A stretch of DNA of 62,819 nt, filler included, from Sphacelaria rigidula (lineage: Eukaryota): NCBI GenBank assembly GCA_964200075.2. It is 8 parts of 8 records of this genome, joined end to end, with 100 filler letters (N's around TTAATTAATTAA, not from the genome) between each part and the next. Parts side by side here need not be neighbours in the genome. Positions count along the whole stretch, not along the records: positions 7,867 to 15,631 come from CAXNAA020013520.1; positions 15,732 to 23,496 come from CAXNAA020013521.1; positions 23,597 to 31,361 come from CAXNAA020013522.1; 5 more parts are not named here. One strand, written 5' to 3'. A program made the position numbers and the translations under genes. Below, one piece after another: positions 12,133-24,442 of the stretch. Below the pieces are notes generated by a model. It saw only the letters and a program-made list of their open reading frames with translations. It was not told the DNA's origin and made no database searches. The number at the start of each line of letters is the position of its first letter. Positions within the stretch are counted from its first letter, which is position 1.

Positions 12133-13340
12133 TTACTCCAAGCCCCACAAACCGTCTGAAGCGAAAGCAAAGTGCAGCAGACGAGAACGGAGAGAGGACG
12201 GTCCGGTCAGGGGTTTATTCGGAAATGATTACCGTATCCAACTTAGAAGCAAAATATGGTTCTCAAGATAATCAAAATAGACTCCTCACGTTCAAGCTTG
12301 CGACAGCAGAACTCCGTGTCGCAGAAGTCTTCCTCCACGGCCGAGCTCGCGCTCCACCACGAGAAATCGCTGATGTCTTCCGCCCCCTTACCAAGGATGC
12401 CTCGAAGGCGCCGGCGCCCGCCGCCGCTGCTGTTTTTGGCGGGATCGTGTTTACACTTTTTATAATCCGCGTCGTCGACGCTGGAGAAGCCTATCGGGCA
12501 GGCGTACGACCCGCAGGTGCCGTCATACTTTCGAGGTTTAGCTGTGGGGAGGCACGCGGTGGGACGGCGGGTGTGGGAAACGCGAAAATGGACGACTCGA
12601 TCAGCTGTTGCATTTGTGTGCGGGGGTGTACGTTGTAAACTGTTTGGCGTAATACATCAGACGAAACGGCTGAACTTTGGCAGAGCAGTAATACAACCTC
12701 TCGTATCACAACAGCACGTAGTGTTCCGAAGGGGTTCTTTCCACCCACCAGCAGTGAAAATTTTCTGTAGGAAACCTCACTCGAGTTCCGGTCCGTTGAT
12801 GCCGAACCTGTGCAACAGCTATCATGGCTTACATATCACCCCCACCAATGAATAGCATTGGGTGTTGTACTAACGTTGCTTCGAGCAGCACAAGTCCTTG
12901 TTGCACACGCCGTTGGGGCACTCCGTGATATCGTACCACTCGTTCGGCACATAGTCGGCGGGGCACGTGAATACCGAACACATTCTCGTGTTCGTCGCTG
13001 CACAGAGCAGTCGTACAGAGAAACGAAGAACGCGGCGGAAGGCGGGCTGCATGAGGTGTGACAGGGGGATATCAGACAAGATGTGCCGCTATAAGGCATC
13101 CGACTTTCGTGCTAAGGAAGCGTTGGTTAGCGCTTGAGGGTACTTTGAGGGCAAAACCAGAGACACCTGTAAATACTGGAATATCAAGTATGGGGTAAAC
13201 TCCCACTCACGGGCATCGCAGCACTTGTCCACCTCGCACTCGCCGCCGACGCATTCCACGGCGTGAGCGTTAGCGACCAACACGCGGTTGTCCGGACACC
13301 TCATTGAGTCGCAGTATACATCGATAGTGTCGGTTGGGAC
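12133..13340 (-). CDS. Spliced host gene encoding a Cys-rich repeat protein, probably extracellular; exons 13340-13211, 12997-12875, 12541-12290 and 12155-12133 (stop)
   Basis: GT-AG introns in consistent phase. The exons encode YCDSMRCP...ECVGGECEVDKCC, MCSVFTCP...ECPNGVCNKDLCC and TCGSYACP...KC...FCDTEFCC. A probable upstream exon ends at 14235 (..LRGAQSARKVTETT|GTGAG). Confidence 0.7.
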
Positions 13341-13914
13341 CTGAGATTTGTGTTCCCGGCACACCGAAGTATATTAAAGAGTTTTCGAAACACGCGGGAG
13401 AGACTTGGATGACATGGTGATACCTACAGCGTACAGTTCAACACATGCAGCAAAATACCTCGCGTCATAGCTTAACGCGGGCTCATCATTCTTGTCATAT
13501 GTGTTCCTTTTTTTTCATTTTTCATCAGTATTTCTTTTCCTTTCCTTCATTTTCCCTTCATTCCTGATTACGAGCTGCCGTGTTGCAATCAGCGACGTAA
13601 TGCACGATTATCATCTTTTTTGTCCTTGTTGTGCTTGTGCTTGTTGTTATTTCGTTATTACCGCTGTTGTTGGTGTTTCTTGTTATCGCTGCCCCCTTTC
13701 TTTCCTTTCTGAGGCAGTTGCTTCTGTCGTTCTTCTGTTCGGTTGTTTCTCCTTTTTTTTTTTTCATCTCTTCTATTTTTGCTGCTTCTGACCACGGGCT
13801 GGATTGTTGCAATCAGCTAATATAAGATAATCAATCAGTCATGTTCCACATGAAGAACACACCATAACTCAAAATTTTCAACACCTCGTGGAACTAGAAC
13901 AGTCGATGTAGAAA

Positions 13915-13966
13915 TTTTGGTATTGCCACTTCCAGAGAAAGCCACGGGTTACACTCCCTCATGGAT
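13915..13966 (-). mobile_element. Family A SINE-like 5' head fragment
   Basis: TGGTATTGCCACTTCCAGAGAAAGCCACGGGTTACACTCCCTCATGGAT. Confidence 0.6.
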
Positions 13967-15065
13967 TCAAGAGGAAAGCAGCTCCCGTGTGGTGAAGTAA
14001 GCATGCACGTTGGACCTCGGGTTGGCAGAGGTAACGGCCGAGGGCCTTCTTTGCGCAAGTCGCAAGTATATTTCGGGGCATTCCTCCTACGGCAGATCGT
14101 GACGCGCTGCAGCGGGCAACGGCGGCACGGGTCTGCTATCGCAGTAGGGCGGATATTACTCCCATCAGGATCACCAGAACGCCGGTCGGATTTGGCAACG
14201 TGCTTCGCGCACGTGACCGGAAAAATCTGCTCACCGTTGTCTCGGTGACTTTTCGGGCCGACTGCGCGCCGCGAAGTGCCGTCCTAGATCCTGCGCGTCC
14301 AAAAACCAGAGTCGACACGGGACACGAAAGTGGCGTCAGGGAGTTGATCTGGACAGAACACCAGTGTGTTTTACCGGCAGTTCATGGCCAGGGTGAGCCC
14401 TTTAGAAACACATCACGCAATCAACGAAATATATACTGTAGAACGGAACGATTACACGGTTCATGATTTCGTTGAACTCGTCACGAGTCCTACCGCGGTT
14501 TTCTAGAGAGCTGAAATTCAAGCAAAGATACAGCCTAGTGCTGCATCATGTCGCCACGTTCTCCTTCGTGACGAGCTCACACAGGGCGAAGAGATTCCAC
14601 GCATATCTTCACGGACACGAACTTCAAGTCCAGGGTCGACCATCGGTCCCAAGTTTTTCCGGAGGAGGCGTTTCCGTCGTGTGACGCCATAATTTTGAAT
14701 GCAACCCCCATGAGCAAACGATGGATCTACACAAGGACGACTCTACGAGCTGAGCCAGCTCATGGTGTGTGTGGACGGTAATCGGGTTACTACTTATAAG
14801 GGGTCAGGCGCTGAAATGTTCATACACTTTCATCACGATGCGCAACATCTTCGAGGAAAGAAAAAAAAAATCAAAAACGGACATTACAAGTCTGAAGCCC
14901 CACAGATACTTTTTATTCGCAGCATATGGTTTCGTCGTTGACGTCATTTTCAGTATCATACTGTACATTTCACTTCATGTATGTTTTAGCAGCAGAGTGT
15001 GTATGACCAAGTTGGTCTGTAGTTCATACGGGCTGGGCCAGGCTAGAGGCTGCGTGAAAGTTTGC

Positions 15066-15332
15066 AGGCGGATGAGCCGGCTAATACTTGGAGTTGGACT
15101 CCAAAATTTGGTATGGATAATGAATATAGCATGATAGAAAATCGGGAAGAAGCATCCGAAGTTTTTTTCTTTCCTGGAGTTAAGGGCGTGTTGCTGAAAC
15201 CTGAAAACTGATTACTGCCCTCAACTCACGAAAAAAATTCTGGTGCTTCTTCCCAATTTTTTATTATGCTCTGTACCCTCTCCATACCAAATTTCGGGGT
15301 CCAACTCCAACTATTAGCCGGCGCATTCGCCT
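15066..15332. mobile_element. Foldback/MITE with ~100-bp imperfect inverted arms
   Basis: AGGCGGATGAGCCGGCTAATA...GAGTTGGACTCCAAAATTTGGTATGGA mirrored by TCCATACCAAATTTCGGGGTCCAACTCC...TATTAGCCGGCGCATTCGCCT. Related arms occur near 20100 and 21200-21320. Confidence 0.65.
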
Positions 15333-15497
15333 TTGAAGAATCGGATCGGTAGAAATTTGGGACAGTATTTTGCAGGCCACTCACAGGCCCACGCTTGGTT
15401 CTTGCCTATTGGAATTTTGTGTGGGCCCTCGCCAGCGCACAATAAACAAAACTCAGTAGGTCAGTTTTTTTTATTTCAATTTTTCACTGGTGGAGCG

Positions 15498-15631
15498 GAC
15501 ACTTTCTACGATAGCCCACCCAGAAAACCAGCTAAAAGTGTCACGAAAAAAATGGCCATACAGCGCCTGACGTTCGGGTTCAGACTGCATTAAGCGCCTC
15601 GTATTGGAGACATTGGCCAGAACAAACCGAA
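15498..15631 (-). mobile_element. Partial copy of the GACACTTTCTACGATAGC MITE, cut by the contig end
   Basis: Reverse complement of the right half of 36939-37185. Confidence 0.75.
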
Positions 15632-15731
15632 NNNNNNNNNNNNNNNNNNNNNNNNNNNNNNNNNNNNNNNNNNNNTTAATTAATTAANNNNNNNNNNNNN
15701 NNNNNNNNNNNNNNNNNNNNNNNNNNNNNNN
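15632..15731. other. Artificial contig spacer
   Basis: N44-TTAATTAATTAA-N44. Confidence 0.98.
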
Positions 15732-15976
15732 TATCGCCACTTCCAGAGACAGCCACGGCTTATACACTGCCTCATGGATGTCTCACCTGGGAGGGCGTAC
15801 TCATTTGTTGCTTGCCTTAGTCGTTTGACCATTGACCACGCGTCCCTTTCGAGACGGAGCACCTGGGGGGGGGGGGGTACCCATGATCTTATACGTCGTA
15901 GTCATCAGACAATTGACTTCGCATCCCTGCAAACCGAGATGGAGCACGCCGGGGTCTCACCGGACCAGGGGGGGGA
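15732..15976 (-). mobile_element. Stack of three C-tailed retroposon pieces: family A head, LINE tail and a variant tail
   Basis: Segments 15732-15785, 15788-15862 and 15864-15967 are separated by G-rich junctions. Confidence 0.75.
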
Positions 15977-18554
15977 GCTTTTTGGCTCGATACGGTGTTT
16001 CTTACACTTCATCAGTGCGGTTGGAGAAGCAGCTATTGAGGCTGCTGGATATACTTTCTTCAGCTACCCAGGCTGGAATATTTTTCATGTTCAATACTTG
16101 GCACAATGCTTGTTACTGGCTATAGTGTAGTGAAATTGTGTCATTATCATGTATTCGAAACGGCTATATAGTTCCTAAACGCGTGCTGCTTGTAGTTAAG
16201 CCATCTACAACAGTTTGGTGAGTAGGTGCTTAGTGATGGGCACGATATGATATCGCGGGTATATTTCTTTAGGTTGGGTGGATTGTTTTTTGCGTCAACC
16301 TTATCGCATACATGCAGGGGTGAAGCGGAACACGAGCCAATCTGCCCGATCGTTCTTTCTCTTCCCCCCCCCCCGACGAGGATCATTCAACCCAACATGT
16401 CTACGGATGGGGGCGGAAACAGGATCCTCCACGCCAAAGCGTCGGGCAAATCCCTTTCAAAATAAAGACTCTAGAATACAACCCGGTGTCGACATACTTG
16501 GATGGAGCATCGGTGTCAACCACCCTCACCGATTCAGTTTTGCTCGTAAAGGGAGTTTGAAAATGTTGCCTCTCTTCACGCGGGCTGTCGGTATCACAGG
16601 CGAAAAGCCAACGTGCCCATATTCTGAACATTTATACTTGAGCAGCAGATCGCTACACACATCTCCACGAGGGTCCATGCCGCGACGACTGCCCGACACC
16701 AGTGTGTCCTCTCAGATAAAACCCCCTCAAAAAAGTAGAGGACAAGCAGATGACTGACAGAACTGAAATGGCGATCAAAACACACAGTCCACCTGCCTTG
16801 AGGGGAGAAATCGAAGTCAATAGATTAGGAAATGGGAACCGAGATAAACAAGGTACGGTGAAGCCCACCGTCTCGAGACGGGGCAATTAGGAGGAAGCGA
16901 AGGTTTGAAAGAGGGTTTAGTCGTTGATCGGTGTATACGATATGTTTTAGACGGTGAGCGCCCCACCCCTGCCCCACCAACCCGCGCGCCCCCGCATCTG
17001 TCGTTGCAACACGCCCATAAACACTAGTTTCACCTACACAGTGTCAGATGGAGTCTCGACCGCGAGTGCGGGTACGATTTATCTCGTGTCCCCTAGTGGT
17101 GTGCTGGCAGCGGCAGAATTTGACACGGGACCGGGCGTCTGGAAGGTATGCAATCGATACCCCTCCAAGCGTTGTTTGTCATTCTTCACCAAAAAAACTC
17201 CGTGCTATGCTCAACACGTTACTCTGCCGGGTCGTGTTACCATTGTCCTTGGGAGAACATCAAGCTTATGTTACGATGTGGGCGCACTGCGTTATCGTGG
17301 GAGGCAGCATCGCGCTGTCATGCGCTGTTCTATGGTCAAACTACTGTTGCCCCGCTCTGGGAGAACATCATGAAGTAGCGTCAAGGTTTATGGGGCACGA
17401 ATCTTGCTGTAAAAAGTCTCGAATTTCTTTGTATATCGCGTCGTCGGAACAGTTGACATCGCGCTGATGTGTTTTTTTGTGACTCTTCGTGGATCCTCTC
17501 TTGAGAATACACTGCTGACTCGTTGTAAATTCCTGGCGTTTTCTTTTTGTTAAAAAACAATTATTCCTGAACCTCACCTTAACCCTTAGATAGCGACCCC
17601 CCCGGCAGGTGGACTGAGATGGACGATGCCACATTTGGGGTTCGGGACAGCTCTCCTCTCGCTGCACGAAACACCGTTTTTCAAGAACATGTGGATGTTT
17701 GGCATCTATACAGAAAAGAGTCCAGGGGAACTCCTGGCCGATTTCGACCCTGCAGTCAATCACGTGCAGTCAGTATGTGTGCCGTATGTCTTCGCTGGAT
17801 ATAACGGCAAGAAACAGTCAGCGTACCACCGCTTTCCGCTGAACACAGTCTACTCCATGCGGCTGATGCCTCTGCTCAGTGTTCCACAACAACACCGCAG
17901 GCAGTGTGAAGTTATGCTGGCAACACACGAGGGGTCAGGCAGGTGGCATAGACCACGAGCAGAGTAAAAAGCACGCTGTCTGTGTCCATTTTTATCTATG
18001 ATTGAAATGTCCGTACCCAAAACGAGGAATGCGGCTAGACCGCGAAGGAGTCCACCTGTAGTCCACCTTCAGGGGAACGAAATGACCGTTTTGATAACCG
18101 TGATTGGTTAGAGCGGCCACTCTGCTCTTCTCAAGCCTCGTTCCTGGCTTGTAATTTTCCGTGGGAAACTTCCAAACACACATGGTTGACTGGGTGAGCT
18201 TTTCAGTGCAGCCCCCAACCCCCCTGTCAACCCCCCCCCCCCACGCGCGCCTCCTGGAAACCCTCTGATGTCCCTGCACTGTCAGCCTATGAATCTGTTC
18301 CGACGCGCGCTGTTAAAGACGGGAATTGAAATCGTTGCACCATACGCTCGGAAGCTCGTATATCTTACTACTAAACACACGAATTGAGTTGTAGGTGTAC
18401 ACGCCACCTTCCGATGCGAACAAAATTTGTATCCCCCAGCGCCCACCTACTAACCCAAAGATGTTTTTGTTGGGTGGGGGCTAGGGAAAGGTAAAATTTA
18501 CCGGCCGTGAGCGCTGTAGTGTACAGCAATCACAGAGCATTTCGCGGCAGAGCG

Positions 18555-18713
18555 ATTCTGCGGTGGGGATGCACTTTTTAGAAGAAACAAACATTTTAGA
18601 CAAAATCAAACGTTTTCTGAGGCTGCACACTAAGGCCCAGATGTTTGTTGCCATCGAGAGGCTCCGAAAGAGCAGAGCCTCAGAAAAAAAACATCTGCAC
18701 CCCTACCTGTAGA
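18555..18713. mobile_element. MITE related to 8444-8687
   Basis: TTCTGCGGTGGGGATGCAC ... TGCACCCCTACCTGTAGAA. Confidence 0.6.
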
Positions 18714-20135
18714 ACCATTCGGCGTGAAAAAGACGTAGACCTGACCCAATCTCCGTCGTTTTTCCCCATAGCACGCACTGTTGCTCCCTTTCTACACATG
18801 TAGTGCAATATGACGGAAGAAAGCACGCGGCATTGTGCTTACTCCAGATATAAATTTGCGGGGTAATCTACCAAAGCTACCCTGCACCCTAAACTTGACT
18901 CGGGTGGTAAGTATAACTTGTTCGTCTCTACCTGCCTTGGTCACTCACCTTCTTTCTACTACACTAGCCAATTGTGGTCGCTTTTTTTTTTTGTTGCCTT
19001 TTTTGACACCGGAACACTCTCTTGTGAATGATGAGTGCACCTCGACGTGATTGGCACCTGTTAGCACTCCTTGACTGCTGCACCCTAAAGTGGCAAAATT
19101 CGACAAAAATATTGCCGTTTCTTTGCCACCGCTCTATATTGTTCGATGCAACAGAAGAAACAAAATTCAATGCCTCGGATTCGATGGTACGAAAGAGTTG
19201 GGCCAGCCTGAGAGAGCATTTTTGAAGCTCTCGTAGCCATACCTAATCGATACAGACGAGTTGGTCCGTGATGCACATACCTTTTTAATCGTCTAATCGA
19301 GGGGGAGGTGTACATCTGCTCAACAGCCTAGGCAAATTTTCTTCTCGTCGATAAGACGCCAAGTCGAGTAATTCCTATACCTACGTCTGTATGAAACGTC
19401 GAACGATATTTATTGCGGATTATGATGATTTCTGGCATGAAACATGCCCTGGAGCACGGGGAAATGATCGATACCCTCACCCCCGCCCAATTCATTTTCT
19501 ATCTAAAATGGGGGGCAATCGCCAAAAAAATGGCGCACACAATATTCCATGATAAAATCAGTATACTACGAGCAGTGGTACTACATGCACTGAATCTGGA
19601 TTTCGCTACTCAGTTTTGAGAACTGTGCTCTAAAAACGAGTGTGGAGAATCGCCAGGGCATATTCAAAATAAGCCTTTACCTCCTCGAGAGTTTTTTTTT
19701 TTCCCCATGTTTTAGAGGCGTTCCGGTGATAATGGACAATGCGTTTGGCCCTCATCTCAGTTTCTCAGCTCAAGTTGTTGAACTGCGACCTGGAACTGAG
19801 CGAGGAGAATCGCAAGGTTATACTGAGAACAAAACAAACGGACCTCCATTTTTCTTCTATAATAACGGGTTGAGGACCTTCTCCTGAAAAATGATCTTTC
19901 CTATACTAAAAAGTTCTATACTCGTGAAAAAATACGAAGATAACGTGTCCCAATATTTTCTTTCACTTTGTCCCAGCGTTTTTCCATAAAACAGTTCAAA
20001 GTACTAGTACCGAAACTGAGCTGGTAGGTGACCTGCGCAATACTGTTCCGAATCTCAATCTACCTGGGTTCTAAATCGACCATTATCACCTCAACCTTGA
20101 GAGTTGGATTTGTAATTTTGTATGGAGAATCGACA

Positions 20136-21070
20136 CAGTAATTTTTCATCTGAATAGAAGATTTTTGTAATTCTTACGTCGTCGGCGATTTTCAATTGTT
20201 TTTTCGCGTGCCATCGCTCATCCCAGCGAGCGGTTGATCCCGACGTTTGAGAGTCGGGAGATACTAGGCATCCGCTCCACATTCCGAAACAAAAATAGTT
20301 TCTGCACTCAATACTGAACGACTTCCGTGTAATTGACCGTTTTTTATCCAAAACACATTTCTGGTCGGCTCCAGCGCAATGAATAGGTGAAAATAAAAAA
20401 AACAAAGGCCCGTAAAATCATTCATGAGATTGATCGGAATTGGTTCACCCCCGCCGGTGCTATCATGAGTAGTACATCCCCCGCCTGTGCTATGCAGAGC
20501 ACGGTTCGGTAATTTTCGTTTTCAGGTACTTTTCTGAAAATTTCTAGTGGTGTATCCGTCCTTGGCGCTTAAAAGTCCCAGCGTCGATATATATTGGGTA
20601 GAGGAGCAGGTCGTGCTCAGAACACAATCCTCGATTGGTGTTGTCGGGGTGATACGGAGTGAGTACCTTGTTCACCAGGAGATATTATCGACCTTCACTG
20701 ATCCAAAATACACGGTTTTTCGGCTCTAGCACAATGAATTGGTAGAAAAAAATAAATAAATAACTCTTAATTTGTTCACGAAAACGATTGGGATTGCTTC
20801 AATCGAACAAAAATACCCAAGGGTGAGAACCTGGGGCTGGGTAATCTCAGGACCCCCGAAAACCGTTCAGCATGTAAGTCGTTCAGTGATGAGTGCAGAT
20901 ATGATCTTGTTTCAGAATGTGAGGGGGGGGGATGTCTAGTATCTCCCGATCTCCAAACTTTGGGATTAAACGTTCACCGGGATAAGCGGTGGCACGCGAA
21001 AACACTTTTGAGTATCCATGACTGGGAAAAAAAACACAAAATTCTTCCACCTCAGATGTATAGACTACTG
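20136..21070. mobile_element. 935-bp Tc1/mariner-type MITE
   Basis: CAGTAATTTTTCATCTGA ... TCAGATGTATAGACTACTG|TA; body colinear with both halves of 8063-10046. Confidence 0.75.
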
Positions 21071-21736
21071 TAGGTCATAATTAAACCAAAACGTTTGGGA
21101 CGCTGAGATTTTTCTCGTGACCTGGAGACTTTTCAGTGAAATCTGGATCTTGCTTTGCCCTTAACGCATGAAAAGAACCCCCCCCCCCCAATGTTTTTGT
21201 TTCATCATGCTCTATTGGTTCTCCGTACTCGTACCAAATTTGAAAGTTCAACTCCCAAAACTGGGGTGAGAATGCGCCTGCAACTTACAGATCCGCTCCT
21301 AGGCTGACCCAGCTCGTGTAGCAAAAGCAAACGAGCTGAACAAGTGTTCGCCCGGTGCTCGACATTAAAGTGCGAGGGAAGTACGAGGCCGGGGAAGGGG
21401 TACGTTGACCGCTACACCCTGGCTACGGACTCGCCCTTAAGAAGGGAAGCACCTTCAAACTACTCCTGTGAAATCGAAGTTGCGCACGCTTGTCGTCCGA
21501 TATATCGCAAGGTCTGCCAGGATGGATCTTCACGATGTGCGGCAGCCCGCTACGACGCGAGCAGCCGAGGTCTGATGAGCTTCTTCGTCTCGGGTGCTGA
21601 CTCCATTGTTCACACAGACCAAGGCAAGATTTCTCGTACGTGGCCCACGACCCTAGCTTGTAACATGGTTACACAACCGTGACAGCTTTGCCGTCAATGT
21701 CTGACAATAAAGCGATGTTGTGAGAGTTTCACGTGA

Positions 21737-21810
21737 GCCTGTCACGTTTCAGGAACTTCCGCTGTCAAGTTTTAGGAACTTCAGCCTGTCACGTTCTAGG
21801 AATTTCAGGA
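21737..21810. repeat. Short tandem repeat, ~24-25 bp x3
   Basis: CTGTCACGTTTCAGGAACTTC / CTGTCAAGTTTTAGGAACTTC / CTGTCACGTTCTAGGAATTTC. Confidence 0.75.
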
Positions 21811-21844
21811 GGTATTGATAACGAAACCTGTGCGATACGGTACA

Positions 21845-22030
21845 CAGGGCAGTGCAGGGTGAGTCAAACGTAGCCCAGAGGGTGAACAATTCGAGAAGGA
21901 TGCGCACATTGTGCATTGGTTTATCCATAAAAATGTATTTCCATACCCCCCACTCATGGGCATCAGGGAACGGTGTGTAAGACGGACTCAGTAGAGCGTG
22001 GATATCAGTCAACGACTCCTGATGCTAGCC
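21845..22030 (-). pseudogene. Possible Plavaka/CMC-like transposase fragment
   Basis: Peptide YTPFPDAHEWGVWKYIFMDKPMHNVRILLELF resembles the PFxSxxEWxLxxW...LLxL segment as I recall it from Plavaka-type transposases. Flanking frames contain stops. Confidence 0.3.
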
Positions 22031-22261
22031 TAAGAATAACAATCATATTGGAGCAGACATCAGGTTGACGTGGGTATGGAAATGCGATTTGCTGTAGGCC
22101 AAGAATACTGCAGCGGTCACACGGGAACTCCGTTTGCGTCAGATCAAAACAAAAGACTGCATTGCCTGTTCAGCTACAAAAAGCGGAGAATGGAGTACGA
22201 CAAAAAAACTGCAGCACTTTTTTTAAAAAGAATCTATTCTTTGAAGGAGCCCAAAAGAGCC

Positions 22262-22564
22262 GGGGGTGGGGGTGTACTCACGATCTTACATGCCGCAGTC
22301 ATATGACGATTAACCTCGTATCCCTACAAAGCCGGGACGGAGCACGCCGGGTTTTTGCCGGAGCAGGCTCGCAATCAATCGCCAAGCGCGAAGCGCCGTG
22401 ATGTGTTCGGCGAGTCGCATGAAGGGTGAGCTGAATCCTACTACTGGAGGATCGTTTGGTCCGAAGTGTACTGACAACCTTGCATTTGGATGACAGCCTC
22501 CGATAAGTTGCTTCATTTTTTGGTATCGTCACTTCCAGAGACCACAGCTTACACTCTGCCTCAT
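22262..22564 (-). mobile_element. Family A SINE-like retroposon, near full length
   Basis: GGGGGTGGGGGTGTACTCACGATC ... TCCAGAGACCACAGCTTACACTCTGCCTCAT. Confidence 0.8.
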
Positions 22565-22817
22565 ATAAACACTACGTAGAATGATCATCACCTTTGCCCG
22601 GAATAGAGGTTCTCCCACCCCGCACAGTATGATCTAGCCCGACCATCATCATGGTTACCGCGAAAAACCCAGGCGTGCAAAAACAAACGGTCACTTGGTT
22701 GCCTAGCTCACGCAGTGAGTGACGTGTTTTACAGCGCCCTTGCCAACCGACGCCAACCCCATAGGGGGTCCATCCCTACGAAGCCAGGACGGAACGCGCC
22801 GGGTTTTTGCGGGACCA

Positions 22818-23496
22818 CGGGGGGGGGGCGCACTCATTTGTTGCTTGCCTTAGTCGTTTGACCATTGACCACGCATCCCTTTCGAGATGAAGTGCTATTC
22901 CTACTCCTAATGGAGATACATCCAACATTTGGGCGCTCATTACTATTCTTCTACACATTGCACAAAACATTTTACATATTTTATCCCCCTAATGGTTCGC
23001 CGTCTGTGGCCACCCACTATCTCCTAGTATAGTGATCGTTATTTCGCTACTGTCTAATGCACCAAACGATTTCATGCCACCTTCGTTTACTTCCCGCATT
23101 TCCCCCTCTAGCATGTCCCGTTCCTCCTTGTATAGCTCACATGCTATCACTATGTTAAAGCTCCACTCTCTATTGGTTCGCTTTAGGGGAGATTCTGCGC
23201 GTCTACGTCCTCCTCCAACCGAGTCGGGGAGGGGGGGGGGGGGCGCCCCCATTTGTTGCTTGCCTTACGGAAGTCGTTTGACCATTGACCACGCATCCCT
23301 TTCGAGATGGAGCACCGTTCCTACTCCTAGCAGAGACACCTCCAACATTCTGGCGCTCATTCAGTTTCTTCAGCAGCTCATCACTCATTACGTTTCTTCC
23401 ATACATTACACAAAACCTTTTACATATCTTATCCCCGTCCTGTTTCGCCGTCTCTGGCCACCATCTATTTCCTAGTATAGCCACCGTTTTCTCCCT
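22818..23496 (-). mobile_element. Two tandem 5'-truncated LINE 3' ends (ORF2 C-terminus)
   Basis: Translate to ...IVIACELYKEERDMLEGEMRE...ILGD(R)WWPETAKQDGDKI...SRNGAPSRKGCVVNGQTT. Units 22818-~23200 and 23226-23496 each begin with a G-run on the + strand. Confidence 0.7.
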
Positions 23497-23596
23497 NNNN
23501 NNNNNNNNNNNNNNNNNNNNNNNNNNNNNNNNNNNNNNNNTTAATTAATTAANNNNNNNNNNNNNNNNNNNNNNNNNNNNNNNNNNNNNNNNNNNN
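23497..23596. other. Artificial contig spacer
   Basis: N44-TTAATTAATTAA-N44. Confidence 0.98.
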
Positions 23597-23841
23597 TAAA
23601 TGAATTCTCTCTCACTTAAAGCGAATGATCAAAGCCACTCTCAATCGAAGATCTACTCTCAATCTCACGAAAACGTTGCTTTTAGTGATTCACTTTGTAA
23701 ATGGACTTGCGTTTGTGTTTTCTTGTTCAACAGGAGTTTCCAGTGTCACGTGGATACGACGTTTCTTCTTGTGGATTGAACTTTCAATGTGACGGGTCGC
23801 CGTGATGCTCGCCCATAGAGATGTGAGAGAGAATTCATTTA
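23597..23841. mobile_element. ~245-bp MITE
   Basis: Perfect 19-bp TIR TAAATGAATTCTCTCTCAC ... GTGAGAGAGAATTCATTTA. Confidence 0.75.
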
Positions 23842-24442
23842 TTTCTTCTTCGCTTTATGTGTTTGTACAAGTGTAGTGTAGAAGAGCCCTTTCTCGTTGA
23901 AGTTTAAAGTTCCTCGGCGCAGTCGCATTGTGCCGAGGTAATAACAGCCGATTTTATTTTTTGGGGTTCAAAACTAAAATGGGGTTCAACCTATTTGAGG
24001 GGTTTTGACAATTTGCCCGAAAGAGTTCAGTGAGGGAACGCGCTTTCGCTTGTCCTCGGGTGCCAAGTAGTTTTGAAAGTTGGCATGGCTACCCGTACGC
24101 GTGTCGCCGACGACGGCACCGGAGAACCCGTGCCCGACCAGAAGGTCCTTGCCCGCATCCTTCGTGTCTTCCTACAAGAATACAGCAGTCTAATCGCTGC
24201 CGTACCGCTTCCGTGGACGCACGGCATGGTGTGTGGCAGCTAACATGGGTGTGCATCTGTGTGCCTTGTGTGTGGTACGTGCCATCTACCATCAATAATG
24301 TGTGGACGTCACACGGAAGGATGGTTTCCACACGATCGACTGCGACCCCAACTCGCGCGTGATGCAAAGCGAGCACTTGGGCGATTGTGTCCTGCTGTTT
24401 ATCGGCGGCGCAAGAGCAACGCCTTCTTTTTCGTGTATTTCT

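Noticed and set aside
12384-12388. Suspected frameshift in the third Cys-rich exon
   Set aside because: Recounting the homopolymer (five C) keeps the 252-nt exon in frame.
16278-19400. Protein-like fragments in contig 3
   Set aside because: Short, stop-interrupted and without an identifiable family.
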